Counted from the stretch's first letter, positions 27,001-41,253 are shown. The stretch is 64,000 nucleotides of DNA from Eledone cirrhosa (GCA_964016885.1 OZ024743.1:74772001-74836000), one strand, 5' to 3'. Made by a program: numbers and translations. Notes: generated by a model from the letters alone, not told the origin.

Positions 27001-28721
27001 TGTCAAGGTTGACTAAGCAGGTCACTAATTTGTGATCTGAATAGGCAACCATGAATATTTGTGGACAGCTTAACATGTCCCTCTACCTCTTTCTAACTAG
27101 AACCCTATCTAGGTACGATCTAGATGTTCTGCTAAGATTAGTCCACGTCCATAGTGGCACAGTCGGAAAATCTAGTCGATATCTATCGGCCAGGTCAAAT
27201 CGGCCGATTAACTGTTTGAGGCTGCTACACCTCCCTCTACCGGGACATGCTCCCACATAATCCCAACGTGCATCTAGGATTCCATTCCAGTCGCCCATTA
27301 ACAGCAGGGAGCGGGACGTTCCCAGAAAAGTCTCTAGACGTTTGAAGAAGTCTGGCCGCGGTGTCCCGGATGGGGCATATGCGGCCACCAGCATGAAGGC
27401 TCCACCTTCACTACCGTCAACGTCTAGGACCACCAGTCGACCCTCCGGGTCCAGATGTACCGTCTGTGTTACGAGGTCCAGGTGTTTCCGCATCAAAACG
27501 GCAACTCCACCGCCACCTCCTGGCTGACAGAGAGATGCGTAGATCTCAAAGTCGGGAGCCAGTTGTCGCTCGCTGTGGATCCTGGACTCGCAAATGGCTA
27601 CTACATCCTTACTGTGCGACTTGAGGTCGTTTAAGAGTTTGCCTTGTTTCCAGGGCATCCCCAGGTCGCGTACATTCACACATCCAACTCTTATATTGGC
27701 CATGTTGGTGCTGAAAAGTTAAAAGAAGAGGAAAAGAAATCACTCACCTCTACGTCTCCTGGGGACCAGGCTGCACAATTTCCATGTGGGTGTTGGAGGG
27801 GTTGTTTGGTGGGGTGGTGGTCTCTAGCGGGGTGGGGCGGAGATATTGGTGGGGACGGGTGCCAGGTGGGGTGGGGGTGTATGGGGGTATGTTGGGAGGG
27901 GGGAAGGGGGGCTTTCAAAATGACGCGGTTATAGGGTTTGACGCAGGGGTTACCTACGTCGTTAGGAAATGTTTTCTTTTAACTGTTTATGTGTGTCCAT
28001 GGAGATCCTAATCATTTTAAGATTAGGATTCTCCGCAGAGTGTGTAAAAGTTTTCCCTTCGGTCTCCACCGAAGGGTTTTTATATATGGTGCCTGTTAAA
28101 GTTTTATTGTTAGTATTTATGTAGGTGTAACATTTTTGTTGTGTTGTGTTGCTTTTTGTCTGTGGTTCTTGTGTGTGTTTACGTTTTGTAGTAGGTGTTT
28201 TGTTTTCAGGAGGGGGTGTTTTTGTTTGTGCTGTTTGCGTCGCTTGTGTTGGTGTTTGCGTGTTTGTTGCATTTTTGTTTGTGTTATGTCTTTTCTTTTT
28301 TCTTTTTACTGGTCGGAAAGGCCCTCCCTCATCGTCACTGGGTGACAATGATGAGGCCTCATCCGTGTTGTTGGGGAGGGGTACATTTTGGGGAGCTGTT
28401 ATGTGTGTGGGTGTTTCTGGAGTTGTTTTAGGTGGGGAGGGGTTGGGTGGGACTGTGTTTGCAGTTTGGTTTGTTTTTGTCTGTAGTTGTTGTTGTCGTG
28501 GTGTTTGTGTTGTTGTGTTGAGTGTCGTCAGTAGTGCCTTTTTTTAATGCAGTTAATTGAGGACAGGAATCCCTCAGGTGACCACTGCTTAAACAGTGGT
28601 AACATGAAGGCCGCCTACCCTCAACAGAAATGTTTATGTGGGAATTTCCATCCAGAGGCATACGTTGTGGTATTCTAGCTATCCGTTCTGGTCTCATTTG
28701 GACCAGAACTTCTAAGCTTGT

Positions 28722-28723
<2 letters not shown>
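24066..28723 (-). mobile_element. Tx1-clade LINE copy 3, 5'-truncated within ORF1
   Basis: ORF1 knuckle CYHCLSSGHLRDSC (28428-28697); APE 27083-27703; RT 24173-27076 with frameshifts; (GATA)n both sides. Confidence 0.93.
24173..27703 (-). pseudogene. Tx1 copy 3 ORF2, disrupted
   Basis: YADD motif lies in the alternative frame 25492-25941, implying compensating frameshifts. Confidence 0.85.
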
Positions 28724-28775
<52 letters not shown>

Positions 28776-28776
<1 letters not shown>

Positions 28777-31700
28777 ATTTCTATTTATTTGCCACGAGGG
28801 CACAAAAGAAGGGGACATTTACACAGTGGGGGAGTTTACATAAATCGAGTAAAGAAAAAAGGAATAACAATAATAATATAACAATAAAAAGTCCTCAAAA
28901 GGGAGGGGGCGTGTTGGGGGTTGCACATACCCCCGAAAAGTGTGCAACTCTTTTCGCGGGGGAAGCCCAGAGAGGAGGCGCTCCCCCTTTCCTCTTCACT
29001 TCTTCACCTACAGAACAATGTAGAGAGAAGGCCCATTTACACGGGCCATTCTCGCTTCTTTCACCCACCTTTCATAAAACTGTCTGGGACCAAGCACTTC
29101 TCTCTCCATCCTGATTCTTCTTCCGAAGTGGTATCGGAAGAAGTAAACCAGGTGATGGCCGGAGAGAAAGTCACCCGACCTCAGACCTTTCAGGCGCGTC
29201 CACCACACAACCTCTTTCATCATGGCTATTACGCACAGAAAGACCGCCTCTGCTTCATTTCTGAAGGGAGGAGGCGGCTTGATGTTCACCACAGACTCGG
29301 CGGTTAATCGAATCGGCGCCACACGCGACAGCAGTCGTTCGACGTAGCCTCACAGATCGGCAACGCCCGGGCAGTGTACCAGTGCATGCGCAACGGTTTC
29401 CTCGTCGCGCACGCATCTGGGACAGATCTTTTTCGCGGGATCCCTGCCCGGGCGCCCGTGTCTGTAGAGCTTTTCTCGAACGGGCAGAGCCCCCCGGTAA
29501 CACTGCCAGGCTAGGGACCTCTGGAAGTTGTCCATGGGTCCCGGGCCGAAAGTTCTACCGAACAGGCTGGCCAGTTCGTCCTCCTCCATGCCTAGCGACT
29601 CTCCAAGGGTGTCGTCGCCCCTGCTAGCCACCAACCCTCTATAGAATGTCGAGGTGGATTCTCCACTGACAGTCGGGTCCGCTTGCCAGATAGCCGTGAG
29701 CGCCTGGGCACACTCGGTGTGCCAGTTGCCCAGTTTTCTCGGTCTTTGCTTCACCCAGGATTGCAGTTCGGTGAGCGAGACGAGCTGTGGGAAGGCTCGC
29801 CTCACAAACGGGGCCCACACCGGCTGACCGTTGAGGAATACCTGTAGATGCCGTAGCCTCAATGCGTGCCTACGCATCAACAGCCACGGCATACCCAGCA
29901 CTCCTTTCGAAGGGTGCTGGCAGCAGATGGATCTCCTCACCATGGGAGGCCGCTTCTTCCAGAGGAACTGGAAGAGCATGCGTTCCATGATGGTGAGCTT
30001 TTCCTTGGGGCAAGGCACGACGGTCAGGCGGTAGTAGATGACGGACGCTATGTAAGCGTTCGTCACCTCCGCCCGACCTTTCAGTGATAGTTTGCACTTG
30101 GCCCACTTCTGGGTCAGCGCAAACACCCTGCTCGTCACCTCGCCCCAATTCTTCTCCACCTGGAGGTCCGGTCCGAACCAGACCCCGAGCAGCTTCACCG
30201 GGCCCTCCGTCCACCGCCCGACGACACCGTCTAACGGCATCGGTTTGCCCCTCCACGTTCCGAGTTGCAAACCGACTGACTTGTCCTGGTTCAGCTTAGC
30301 CCTCGTCAGCCTTTCGTATTCCTCCAGTAGGGTGGCGATCGCCCCGATTTCCGAGGCGTCCGCCACCATTACTGTTACGTCGTCGGCATAGGCCGAGACC
30401 GCTTTGTGCAATCCCGGTTCCAGGGGTATGCCTCGCAGCAACTCCAACTTCCGCAGCAGTGGCTCGAGAGTCAATACGTACAGAAGGGAGGAGAGGGGAC
30501 ACCCCTGTCTGATGGACCGGGTGATTTGAAACGGCTCCGAGAGGTAGCCGTTTACTTTAATCCTAGAGTAGATGTTGCCACTGTGCATGGCAGAAATCCA
30601 GCCCCTGAAAACGGGTCCGAAGCCCGCCGCCGCTAGCACCGCATCCAGGTAACCATGGTCGACCCTATCGAACGCCTTAGATTGATCCAAGTTGATCAGG
30701 GCCCCACCAAAGCCGGGTTCGTAGCCAACCCTCTCTATGATGTATCGCATGAGGTGGAGGTTGTCGTGAATGGACCTGGACGGGATAGCGCATGTCTGCG
30801 CGTCTCCCACCAAACCACCCACCACAAGCGCCAACCTCTTCGCCAACACCTTGGCCAAAATCTGTAACTCTGCATTCAGCAGAGTTATGGGCCTAAAGTT
30901 ACTTAAGTCGTCCCCCTTGCTCTCGTCCTTCCTCACTAGCGTGACCACGCCCTTGGTCACAGAACAGGGAATTCTCCCGTTCTGTTGCCAGTTGCAATAG
31001 ACAGCCTCGAGGAGTTCGGAGAACAAGACCGGCATAGCTAAATAAAGTTCGTATGGTAGACCATCGAGACCCGGGGATTTGCGTCTGCTGCATTGGCTGA
31101 GCGCTTCCCCGATTTCAGTGGCTGTGATTGGCCTTTCGCAGCACTCCGCTTCGCCGCTCGAAAGACGCGGTAGACCGTCGAGGTATGGACCGAAGTCCAC
31201 ATCCCCGTCCGGCCCCCCGCCACCTCCGAACAGTCGAGCAAAGTGCCTTTGAAAGGTCTCGCACATTCGCTCAGGTTCAAGGATCACCCGTCCATCCTGG
31301 TCTCGCAAAGACCGAATGGTGGATTTAATCCCACTCTTGGCTTCTGTCACGCGGGCCCAGCTAACAGCTTTGGTCCCCTCGTTTCCTAAAGCACGTATTT
31401 TACTTCGGACAACGCAGCCTTCGTGCTTCGTGTCAAAGAACTGGCTCAATGCCGTTCTCGTCGCTAACACTCTGGCTACGTCTCCGCTCCTAATCGCCTC
31501 TTCTAGTTTATCTGTTAACTCCCTTTCCCTCCTATTTCTATTCGCCGCTAGTTCCTTACTGTAACCTATCGAACTTACTCTAATCTCTCTCTTTAGAGAT
31601 ATCCACCACCTACTGTTGACGATCGCTCCCGTCAACCGCATCTTAACTAAGCTACTAATCCGGTTTCTGTAATCTTTCTTTGTCGGTAAGGACAAGTTCA

Positions 31701-34422
31701 TCTTCCAGTAACCGGGACCCTGTATATGCGTTCTATCAAGGTTGACCACGCAGGTCACTAGTTTGTGATCTGAATAGCCAACCATGATCAGTTCTGGACA
31801 ACTAAATACGTCCCTATCCTTATTCCTAACCAAAAACCTATCTAGGTACGATCTAGATTGTCCACTGCGGTTTGCCCAGGTCCAGGTTGGCGCAGTTGGA
31901 CAATCTAGTCGAAATCTATCGACCAGGTCGAATCGATCGAGTAACCCCTTGAGGCTGCTACACCCCCCTCTATCGGGACATGCCCCTGCATAGTCCCAAC
32001 GCGCATCTAGGATTCCATTCCAGTCCCCCACTAAAAGCAGGGAACGCGACGTTCCAAGAAAAGTCTCCAGACGCTGGAAGAAGTCGGCTCTTTCCGCCCC
32101 GAAGGGAGCATAAAGACCGACCAGTCTGAAAGCCCCGCCTTCACCGCCTCCGACGTCCAGCACCAGTAATCGACCCCCCGGGTCCGAGTGAACAATCTGT
32201 ACGTCGAGAGTCAGACGTTTATCCAGCAGTACGGCAACTCCCCCCCCCCCCCCGCCTCCGGGTTGACAGAGAGATGCGTGCATCTCAAAGTCATCGAAGG
32301 CGGGCGCCAGCTGTCTCACGCTGCTGATCCGACTCTCGCAAACAACCATCACATCTATACTTTGTGACCTGAGGTCACTTAGAAGCTTTGCTTGCTTCCA
32401 AGCTGAGCCCAGGCCACGCGCGTTCAAACAGCCAACTCTCAATTGATCTATTTTGGTGTTGAAAGTGAAGAAAGAAAAGCACTTACCTCTCCGGGTTGCG
32501 TAATTTCCATGGCATCAGGTGTGTTGGGTGGAGGGATGTTTTGTGGTGGTGTGGGGGTACACGTGTGTGGTGAGGTGGGGGTATTTGGAGTTGTGTCAGG
32601 GAGAGGGGCGGTTATGGGGAAATCTTTCAAGAGGACGCGATTCAACGGTTTTAAACAGGGGGGCTCACGTCCCGTCTAAATTGTTCTTTTAAGGAACGAT
32701 AAAGGTCCAGAGGGACCTTTATCATTTTTAAATGGGTGAAGTTCTCTGTTGAGATAAAGTTTGGCCCTTCGGTCTGCACCATAGGGTTATTGTTTATTAA
32801 TTTAACCAGTTTTTTGTTTTCTTTATTTATATATGTGTATTGCAACGTCTTTTTTTGTGATGCTGTCAATGTTTCGGAGAGGGGAGGCGCAGATTTATTT
32901 TTGTTTGTTGAGGGTGGGGTGTTTTTGATTGGAGTTGGTGTTTGTGTGTGGGTTATTTGTGGTGTGCTGGGTGTGTGTTTTCTTTTTTTTCTTTTAACTT
33001 GTCTGAAGGCTTCTCCTCCTTCTTCTTCAGAAGTTGGGGGAAACTCTTCAGCGCTAGGTGGGAGGGACGTGTTGTGTGGTTGTTTTTTTTTGCGGGAGGG
33101 GTAGATTTGTTACTGTTTTTTTTATTATTTGTTTGGAATGGGTTTTGTGGTGGTGGTGGTAGTGGTAATGTTGTGTCGTGCTTGTGGTTGGTGATGGTGG
33201 TGGTGATGTTTGTGTTGCGTTTGTGGTTGGTGGTGTCTGTATTTTGTTTGCTGTGTGTGGTATTAGTGTATTTTTGGAGGTGGGTGGTGTTGGTGTACTG
33301 TTTGTGGTGGGTGTGGGCAATAGTCCTTTTTGGGGGATACATTTCGGGCAGTTAGCCTTAACGTGTCCCCTTTCCGTGCATAAATAGCATGCTGGTCTTC
33401 TCCCCTCTACAATTATATCTATTGGGGTAAGGTCATCCAGCCAGATGCGATCCGGGATTTGTGCTATTCTTTCGGGCCTCATTTGGACTAGTATGTCGAG
33501 GCCCATTCCCAGGAACGCATCTCCAGTTGCCTTCCCCATTGACAGCATTGTGTCTTCACCCATGTCTATGAAGCCAGCAATAGCCAACCAGAAGTCCATT
33601 GTGGGCAGCATTGTTTTTACTTTTACTCTCTGTGTTCTTCTACCCATGTAGGAGGGATAGAAGCTGTATGTTGTCGATGAGAGTGGGCTTAGGGAAAGCT
33701 TCTCCGCCGTTTCCTTGTCTTTTGTTAAGACCGAAATGCTGCCATAGAGTCGGTCCTTTCGTATGAAGAGAATATTCTTCATATAGTCTTTTAGGACCAA
33801 CTCTATTTCCATTTGGCTGGGCTGTGCTGGCTTTCTTGTTTGGTTCAATATAGTTCTGAAGAGAACTGTGCTCTCTGTTCTGGCTTTCTTGAATTCTGGG
33901 GGGGGGAGTTAATGGAAAACATTCCGTTCTCCCCCAAGACTATTTGTTTTTTCGCTTCGGCCAGTTTTTCTCTGGTGGCAGTTAAGTCAATTGGTGTGTA
34001 TGTTATGGATTGTTTTGTTTTCTGGGCGAAAGTTGCCCTGTTGTTATTTGTATTATTTTCTGTTTGTTTGTTTTCCGTTTGCTCATTTTCCTTAAGATTT
34101 ATTTTTTCATTTTCCTTGTTTGTTTCGTTGTCTAATTTTGTTGTAATTATTTTTTGTTCTTCAGACTTGGGGGGCGTGGCAGAGCTAATGGCAGACATGT
34201 CTGCCATCTTTTCCGCCATGCTGCCAAGAAAGAAATTTTTCGGCAAAAAAATAGATATTTATTTTACCCCCTAAAAAGGGGGTAAATGCAAAAATGTTTC
34301 CCTAAATAACAGGGGTTAGTGTTCCAAATGTGTTGCACTGAAAAATTTATCCGGTACTTACTATAGTAAGGGTAAATCCCGATGGAATAGCGGAGCCGAT
34401 GTGAAGCGTGTCTTACTCTATC

Positions 34423-34424
<2 letters not shown>
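28776..34424 (-). mobile_element. Tx1-clade LINE copy 4, apparently full length
   Basis: ORF1 pieces 32448-34246 with CYLCTERGHVKANC; ORF2 1030 aa open at 29350-32442, resuming after a stop to 29008; (GATA)n both sides. Confidence 0.95.
29008..32442 (-). pseudogene. Tx1 copy 4 ORF2 (APE-RT-CCHC), nearly intact, one premature stop at 29350
   Basis: NARG, GDWN, YLDR, SDH, KSPGLDG, NFRPITLLN, IRQGCPLS, YADD, CPRC..H..C. Confidence 0.9.
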
Positions 34425-34495
<71 letters not shown>

Positions 34496-34870
34496 GGGTA
34501 GGTAGATAAGTAGGTATGTAGTTAGGGAGGGGGTAGGAATGTAGTTAGGTAGGGGTAGGTAGGTAGGTATGTAGGTAGGTAGGTAGGTAGGTAGGTAGGT
34601 AGGTAGGTAGGTAGGTAGGTAGGTAGGCATGTAGGTAAGTAGGGATGAGGTAGGTAGGGAGGGATGTTGGTAGGGAGGGTGTAGGAAGGTATGTAGGTAG
34701 GTAGGTAGGTAGGTAGGTAGGTAGGTAGGTAGGTAGGTAGGTAGGTAGGTGGGTAGGTCGGTAAGTAGGTAGGTAAGTAGGGATGGAGGTAGGTAGGTAG
34801 GTAGGTAGGTAGGTAGGTAGGTAGGTAGGTAGGTAGGCAGGCAGGCAGGCCATCAGACAGACAGACATAG
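34425..34870. repeat. (GATA)n grading into (GGTA)n and (GGCA)n
   Basis: direct reading. Confidence 0.95.
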
Positions 34871-34989
34871 AGACAGGCAGGCAGCCAGATATGTATGTAT
34901 CTGTAAGAGTTTGGAGAGTGTTTAAATATAAATTGACATGTGTTTGTTTTTACTGTCGGATGGTTACATGAGCATTTACCACTGTGTAT

Positions 34990-35721
34990 TTGTATTTATG
35001 TAATGTGTGTAGATATGTGTGTATTTTATGTAATGTGTGTAGATATGTGTGTTATTTTTGTAATGTGTGTAGATATGTGTTATGTGTGTAATGTGTGTAG
35101 ATATGTGTTATTTATGTAATGTATGTGTATTATTTGTGTAATGTAAGGTCGGTGGATTGGCAGTATCGGTAGAGGGTCGGACGCCATGCTTTGACGTATA
35201 GAGTTACGGCCCTTGCCATTCTGAGTTCAAATTCCGCCGAGGTTAACTTTGCCTTTCATCCTTACGGGGTCGATAAAATAAAGTACCAGTAATGTACTGG
35301 GATAATTGCTGGCCTTGTGTCAAATGTAGAAACCATTATTTGTGTAATGTATGTAGCTATGTATTATTTGTGTAATGTATGTAGCTATGTATTATTTGTG
35401 TAATGTATGTAGCTATGTATTATTTGTGTAATGTATGTAGCTATGTATTATTTGTGTAATGTATGTAGCTATGTATTATTTGTGTACTGTATGTAGCTAA
35501 GTATTATTTGTGTAATGTATGTATATATGTATTATTTGTGTAATGTATGTATATATGTATTATTTGTGTAATGTATGTAGATATGTATTATTTATGTAAT
35601 GTGTGAAGATATATAATATTTATGTAATGTGTGTAGATCTGTGCATTATTTATGTGATGTATGTAGATATGTAATATTTATGTAATGTGTATAGATATGT
35701 ATATTATAGATATATGTGTGT

Positions 35722-35725
<4 letters not shown>
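34990..35725. repeat. ~28-bp minisatellite (tgtgtaatgtatgtagctatgtattatt), interrupted by a SINE
   Basis: near-perfect units 35341-35590, degenerate on both sides. Confidence 0.9.
35149..35335 (+). mobile_element. tRNA-derived SINE inserted in minisatellite
   Basis: same family; attatttgtgtaatgta on both sides (possible TSD). Confidence 0.88.
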
Positions 35726-35801
<76 letters not shown>

Positions 35802-36009
35802 GATATATGTGTGTCTATCTGTGTATTATTTCAAGCCTGTTTACAAGAATATTACCATCTGTCACACATTGAAGAGTCATTGAAAACAAATTTATTTAGT
35901 TTTATATGAAATATATATTAAAAGTAATTACTTCTCGAAATTTGATATATACAGACACATATATATATATATACACACAGAAGTAAGAAAAGAGAGAAAT
36001 AATTAGACT

Positions 36010-36662
<653 letters not shown>

Positions 36663-37068
36663 GGGAATGTCTGTAATCAAATCCCAAAAGAAGGTGATAT
36701 CAGCAAATGACAACTACGAAACTAAAATGAACAGGAAAGATTGAGCTTAGAATTGTGAGAAGACTAATGTCACAAATGACACTGCTATATACCCCCCCCC
36801 CCATACCCCACCACCATCCCACACTCCACCATAGTCATCAGACACCAGTTTATAAAAGACACACAACACAACCACAGCACCCCACCACCACCACCACATG
36901 CGAATGAGGAGCCGGCTCAGAAACACCTGGCGCCGAATATTCCAGAAGCTCAGATACAACGAAAGGGTTAGTTGCAGGGAGAACCGTGGCAGATCAACCT
37001 TACTGGTGGAACTGTCACGCCTTGTGCGCCTTAAGGCACGGGATGACCTAAGACTAACATACATATAA

Positions 37069-37119
<51 letters not shown>

Positions 37120-37316
37120 TATGTATACGTACATACATATATGTATACAGACGTACAGTAGTATGTATATATATACATACATGCACATATATATATATGT
37201 ACGTATGGGTTTACCGAACATTTATTATAGTGTTCAGTTTGTAAACAAACAGCCCAAATTACGCTGTACAGTGTTCGGCAACCATCGTCGTCTTTTTGTT
37301 CAACACTGACACGGGA

Positions 37317-37359
37317 ACGATGTACTAGTTTCAAGCTTATTAGCTATCGTCAGCATCGT
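37317..37359 (-). ncRNA. Minimal type I hammerhead ribozyme motif
   Basis: minus: ACGAUG-CUGACGA-U AGCU AAUA AGCU U-GAAA-CUAG-UA-CAUCGU. Confidence 0.8.
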
Positions 37360-37741
37360 ATACCTTCCTGTCAGAGATTGAACGTTTGAAAGTATATACT
37401 TTCCTTATGCATATTAACGGCTGAGCAGCCTAATTTGCATATCGAGTGAGTTAGTCGGCCGGGCATACCGTAAACGATAGATGGAAAAGAATGAAACGAA
37501 ATTTCATTTCTCACTCTTAGTACGGCTGATACCTAAATATAGTATGTATACGTACATACATATATGTGTACAGACATACAGTAGTATGTATATATATACA
37601 TACATGCATATATATATATGTACGTATGAGTTTACCGAACATTTTCTATAATGTTCGGTTTGTTTATAAACAAACAGTCCGAATTAAGCCGTACAGTGTT
37701 CGGCAACCATCGTCGCCTTTTTGTTCAACACTGACACAGGA

Positions 37742-37784
37742 ACGATATACTCGTTTCAAGCTTATTAGCTATCGTCAGCACCGT
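37742..37784 (-). ncRNA. Minimal type I hammerhead ribozyme motif (variant)
   Basis: minus: ACGGUG-CUGACGA-UAGCUAAUAAGCUU-GAAA-CGAG-UA-UAUCGU. Confidence 0.7.
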
Positions 37785-38004
37785 ATACCTTCCTGTCAGA
37801 TGATTTAACGTTTGAAAGTATATACTTTCCTCATGTATATTAACGGCTGAGCAGCCTAATTTGCATATCGAGTGTGAGTTAGTCGTTCCTGTGTCAGTGT
37901 TGAACAAAAAGGCAACGATGGTTGCCGAACAGTGTACGGCGTAATTCGGGCTGTTTGTTTACAAACAAACCGAACATTATAATAAATGTTCGGTAAACCC
38001 ATAC

Positions 38005-38091
<87 letters not shown>

Positions 38092-38232
38092 CATGTATGT
38101 ATATATATATACTTACTACTGTACGTCTATACACATATATGTATGTACGTATGAAATTTCGTTTCATTCTTTTCCATTTATCGTTTTCGGTATGCCCGGC
38201 CGACTAACTCACTCGATATGCAAATTAGGCTG

Positions 38233-38362
38233 TTCTTCGTTCAATTCCTGTGTATATTGTCAATTACGATTTTATTTACATGCATATATATTTGTGTATA
38301 ATATCAATATACACACTACACATGCTAGCAGAAAACCACCCGAAGGGTGGGTTTTCTGCTAC
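38233..38362 (+). mobile_element. Short repeat ending in hairpin (Helitron-like 3' end); second copy at 50176-50330
   Basis: shared acactacacatgctagcagaaa.ccacccgaagggtgg.ttttctgcta. Confidence 0.55.
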
Positions 38363-38392
38363 TTATTAGTAATTATTAATAAGTATTAGTAA

Positions 38393-38577
38393 TTGGATTG
38401 GCAGTATCGGTAGAGGGTCTGACGCCATGCTTTGCAGCAAAGAGTTACGGCCCTTTATGATCTGAGTTCTAATCCCGTCGAGGTTATCTTTGCCTTTCAT
38501 CCTTACGGGGTCGATAAAATGAAGTACCAGTAATACACTGGTATAATTGCTGGCCTTGTACCAAAAGTAGAAACAAT
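38393..38577 (+). mobile_element. tRNA-derived SINE
   Basis: same family. Confidence 0.85.
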
Positions 38578-38682
38578 TAATAATTATTAGCAATTAGTAC
38601 ACAAGACATAATACATATAACGTTAGCATATCATCAGGAATTACAAAAAGGCTCTCCATTTATATTTGAAATTCAAACTTCA

Positions 38683-38808
38683 AACTTCACTAAGGATGAA
38701 AAGCAAAGTTAAACCTCGGCGGGATTTGAACTCAGACCATAAAGCGCCGTAACTCTTTGATGTAAAACATGGCGTCCGATCGTCTACCGATACTGCCAAT
38801 CCACCGCG
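38683..38808 (-). mobile_element. tRNA-derived SINE, 3'-incomplete
   Basis: reverse complement of SINE head and B-box. Confidence 0.8.
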
Positions 38809-38969
38809 CCTTGAAGAAATAATAAAATGTATCACTTTCAACAAACTACTTCGACAATCCACAGAAAATTGAAGAAATATATATTCTCAAAAATAGTTTT
38901 AGGAATATTCTCCGAAATTTTATTTCCGTTCCTTCCTCTTCTCACCTTTTATTTCTTCTTCTATTTCTC

Positions 38970-39430
38970 AGACCAAAAAGGGGCATAATTCTATGCTGCA
39001 AAGCATGGCATCTGACCCTCTACAGTACTGCCAATCCACCGCTCTTAGAGTTTCTACTTTTGGCACAAGACCAGCGATTACCCCAGTGCATTACTGGTAC
39101 TTTATTTTATCGACGCTATAAGGATGAAAGGCAAAGTTAACCTCGGCGGGATTTGAACTCAGACCATAAAGGGGGATAACCCTATGCTGCAAAGCATGGC
39201 ATCCGACCCTCCACTGATACTGCCAATCTACCGCCCTATTTAGAGTTTCTACTTTTGGCACAAGGCCAGCGATTACCCCAGTGCATTACTAGTACTTTAT
39301 TTTATTGACCTCGTAAGGATGAAAGGCAAAGTTAACCTCGGCGGGATTTGAACTCAGACGATTAAGGGCCGTAACTCTTTGCGGTAAAGCATGACGTCTG
39401 ACCCTCAACCGATACAGCCAACCCACCGCC
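38970..39430 (-). mobile_element. Head-to-tail run of SINE copies (partial plus two full)
   Basis: units ~38970-39043, 39047-39235, 39242-39430. Confidence 0.88.
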
Positions 39431-39689
39431 TATGATAACGATCATCTAGAAGGACAGACATGTTAGTAAATAATCATTGTTTAAAACCTCCTTTATCGGT
39501 TAAGATGTATTAGTGAAGACCCGCCCTTCATGGGGAAATTAGAGAAATTAATATTTTATTCAACATATTCGTCTCACGTTGATGTTTTTGATTTAATTAT
39601 CTCAACAATCCTGTTACAAATGTCAACTACTGATTGCAACATTGTTAATTAAATTGGAAAGAGGGAAATGATGCGAATTGTTGTGTTTG

Positions 39690-40795
<1,106 letters not shown>

Positions 40796-41253
40796 AAACT
40801 ATATGTGAACATAAATATGGCGGCTTAGTGCAGGTATGACAGTAAACTTAGTTAATATTTATTTTGAACTTTTATAGGTCAGAGTTTTAGGTATAAACAT
40901 GACACAAACATTGATTCCTGAATGTTGAATTTACATTCCAGTGTCAATTCAGTCATATAGTTAATCATAACAAGTATTACTTGAGCGTCACATTATATGA
41001 AACGTCCCTTGGGATCTATTTTAAACTTCCCTTTTTGGGGGGGAGTCTATCTTAAACGCCGCTTGGGTTCTATTTTAAACGTCCCTTGGGATCTATTTTA
41101 AACGTCCTTTCGGTGTCTATTTTAAACGTCTCTTGAGACTCTTTCCCGGAGCCCTATCTGTTACAAGAATTCTTTCCTTCCTACCCTATCATAGATCTTG
41201 GGGATTCTGAAGGACCTTACGAACACTGCGCCCCCTATTCTGACTAAACGACA

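Larger units (their letters stand above)
37116..38232. mobile_element. Diverged hammerhead-bearing repeat: tandem ~425-bp units (minus) plus an inverted copy (plus, 37883-38232)
   Basis: homologous to the 466-bp unit at 53726-55757 (shared caacactgacacaggaacgatgtactagtttcaagctt, gagcagcctaatttgcatat). Confidence 0.85.

Noticed and set aside
27711-27747. 37-nt micro-intron fusing Tx1 ORF1 to ORF2
   Set aside because: The AG before the ORF2 ATG exists only in copy 3; other copies lack it and the length is very short
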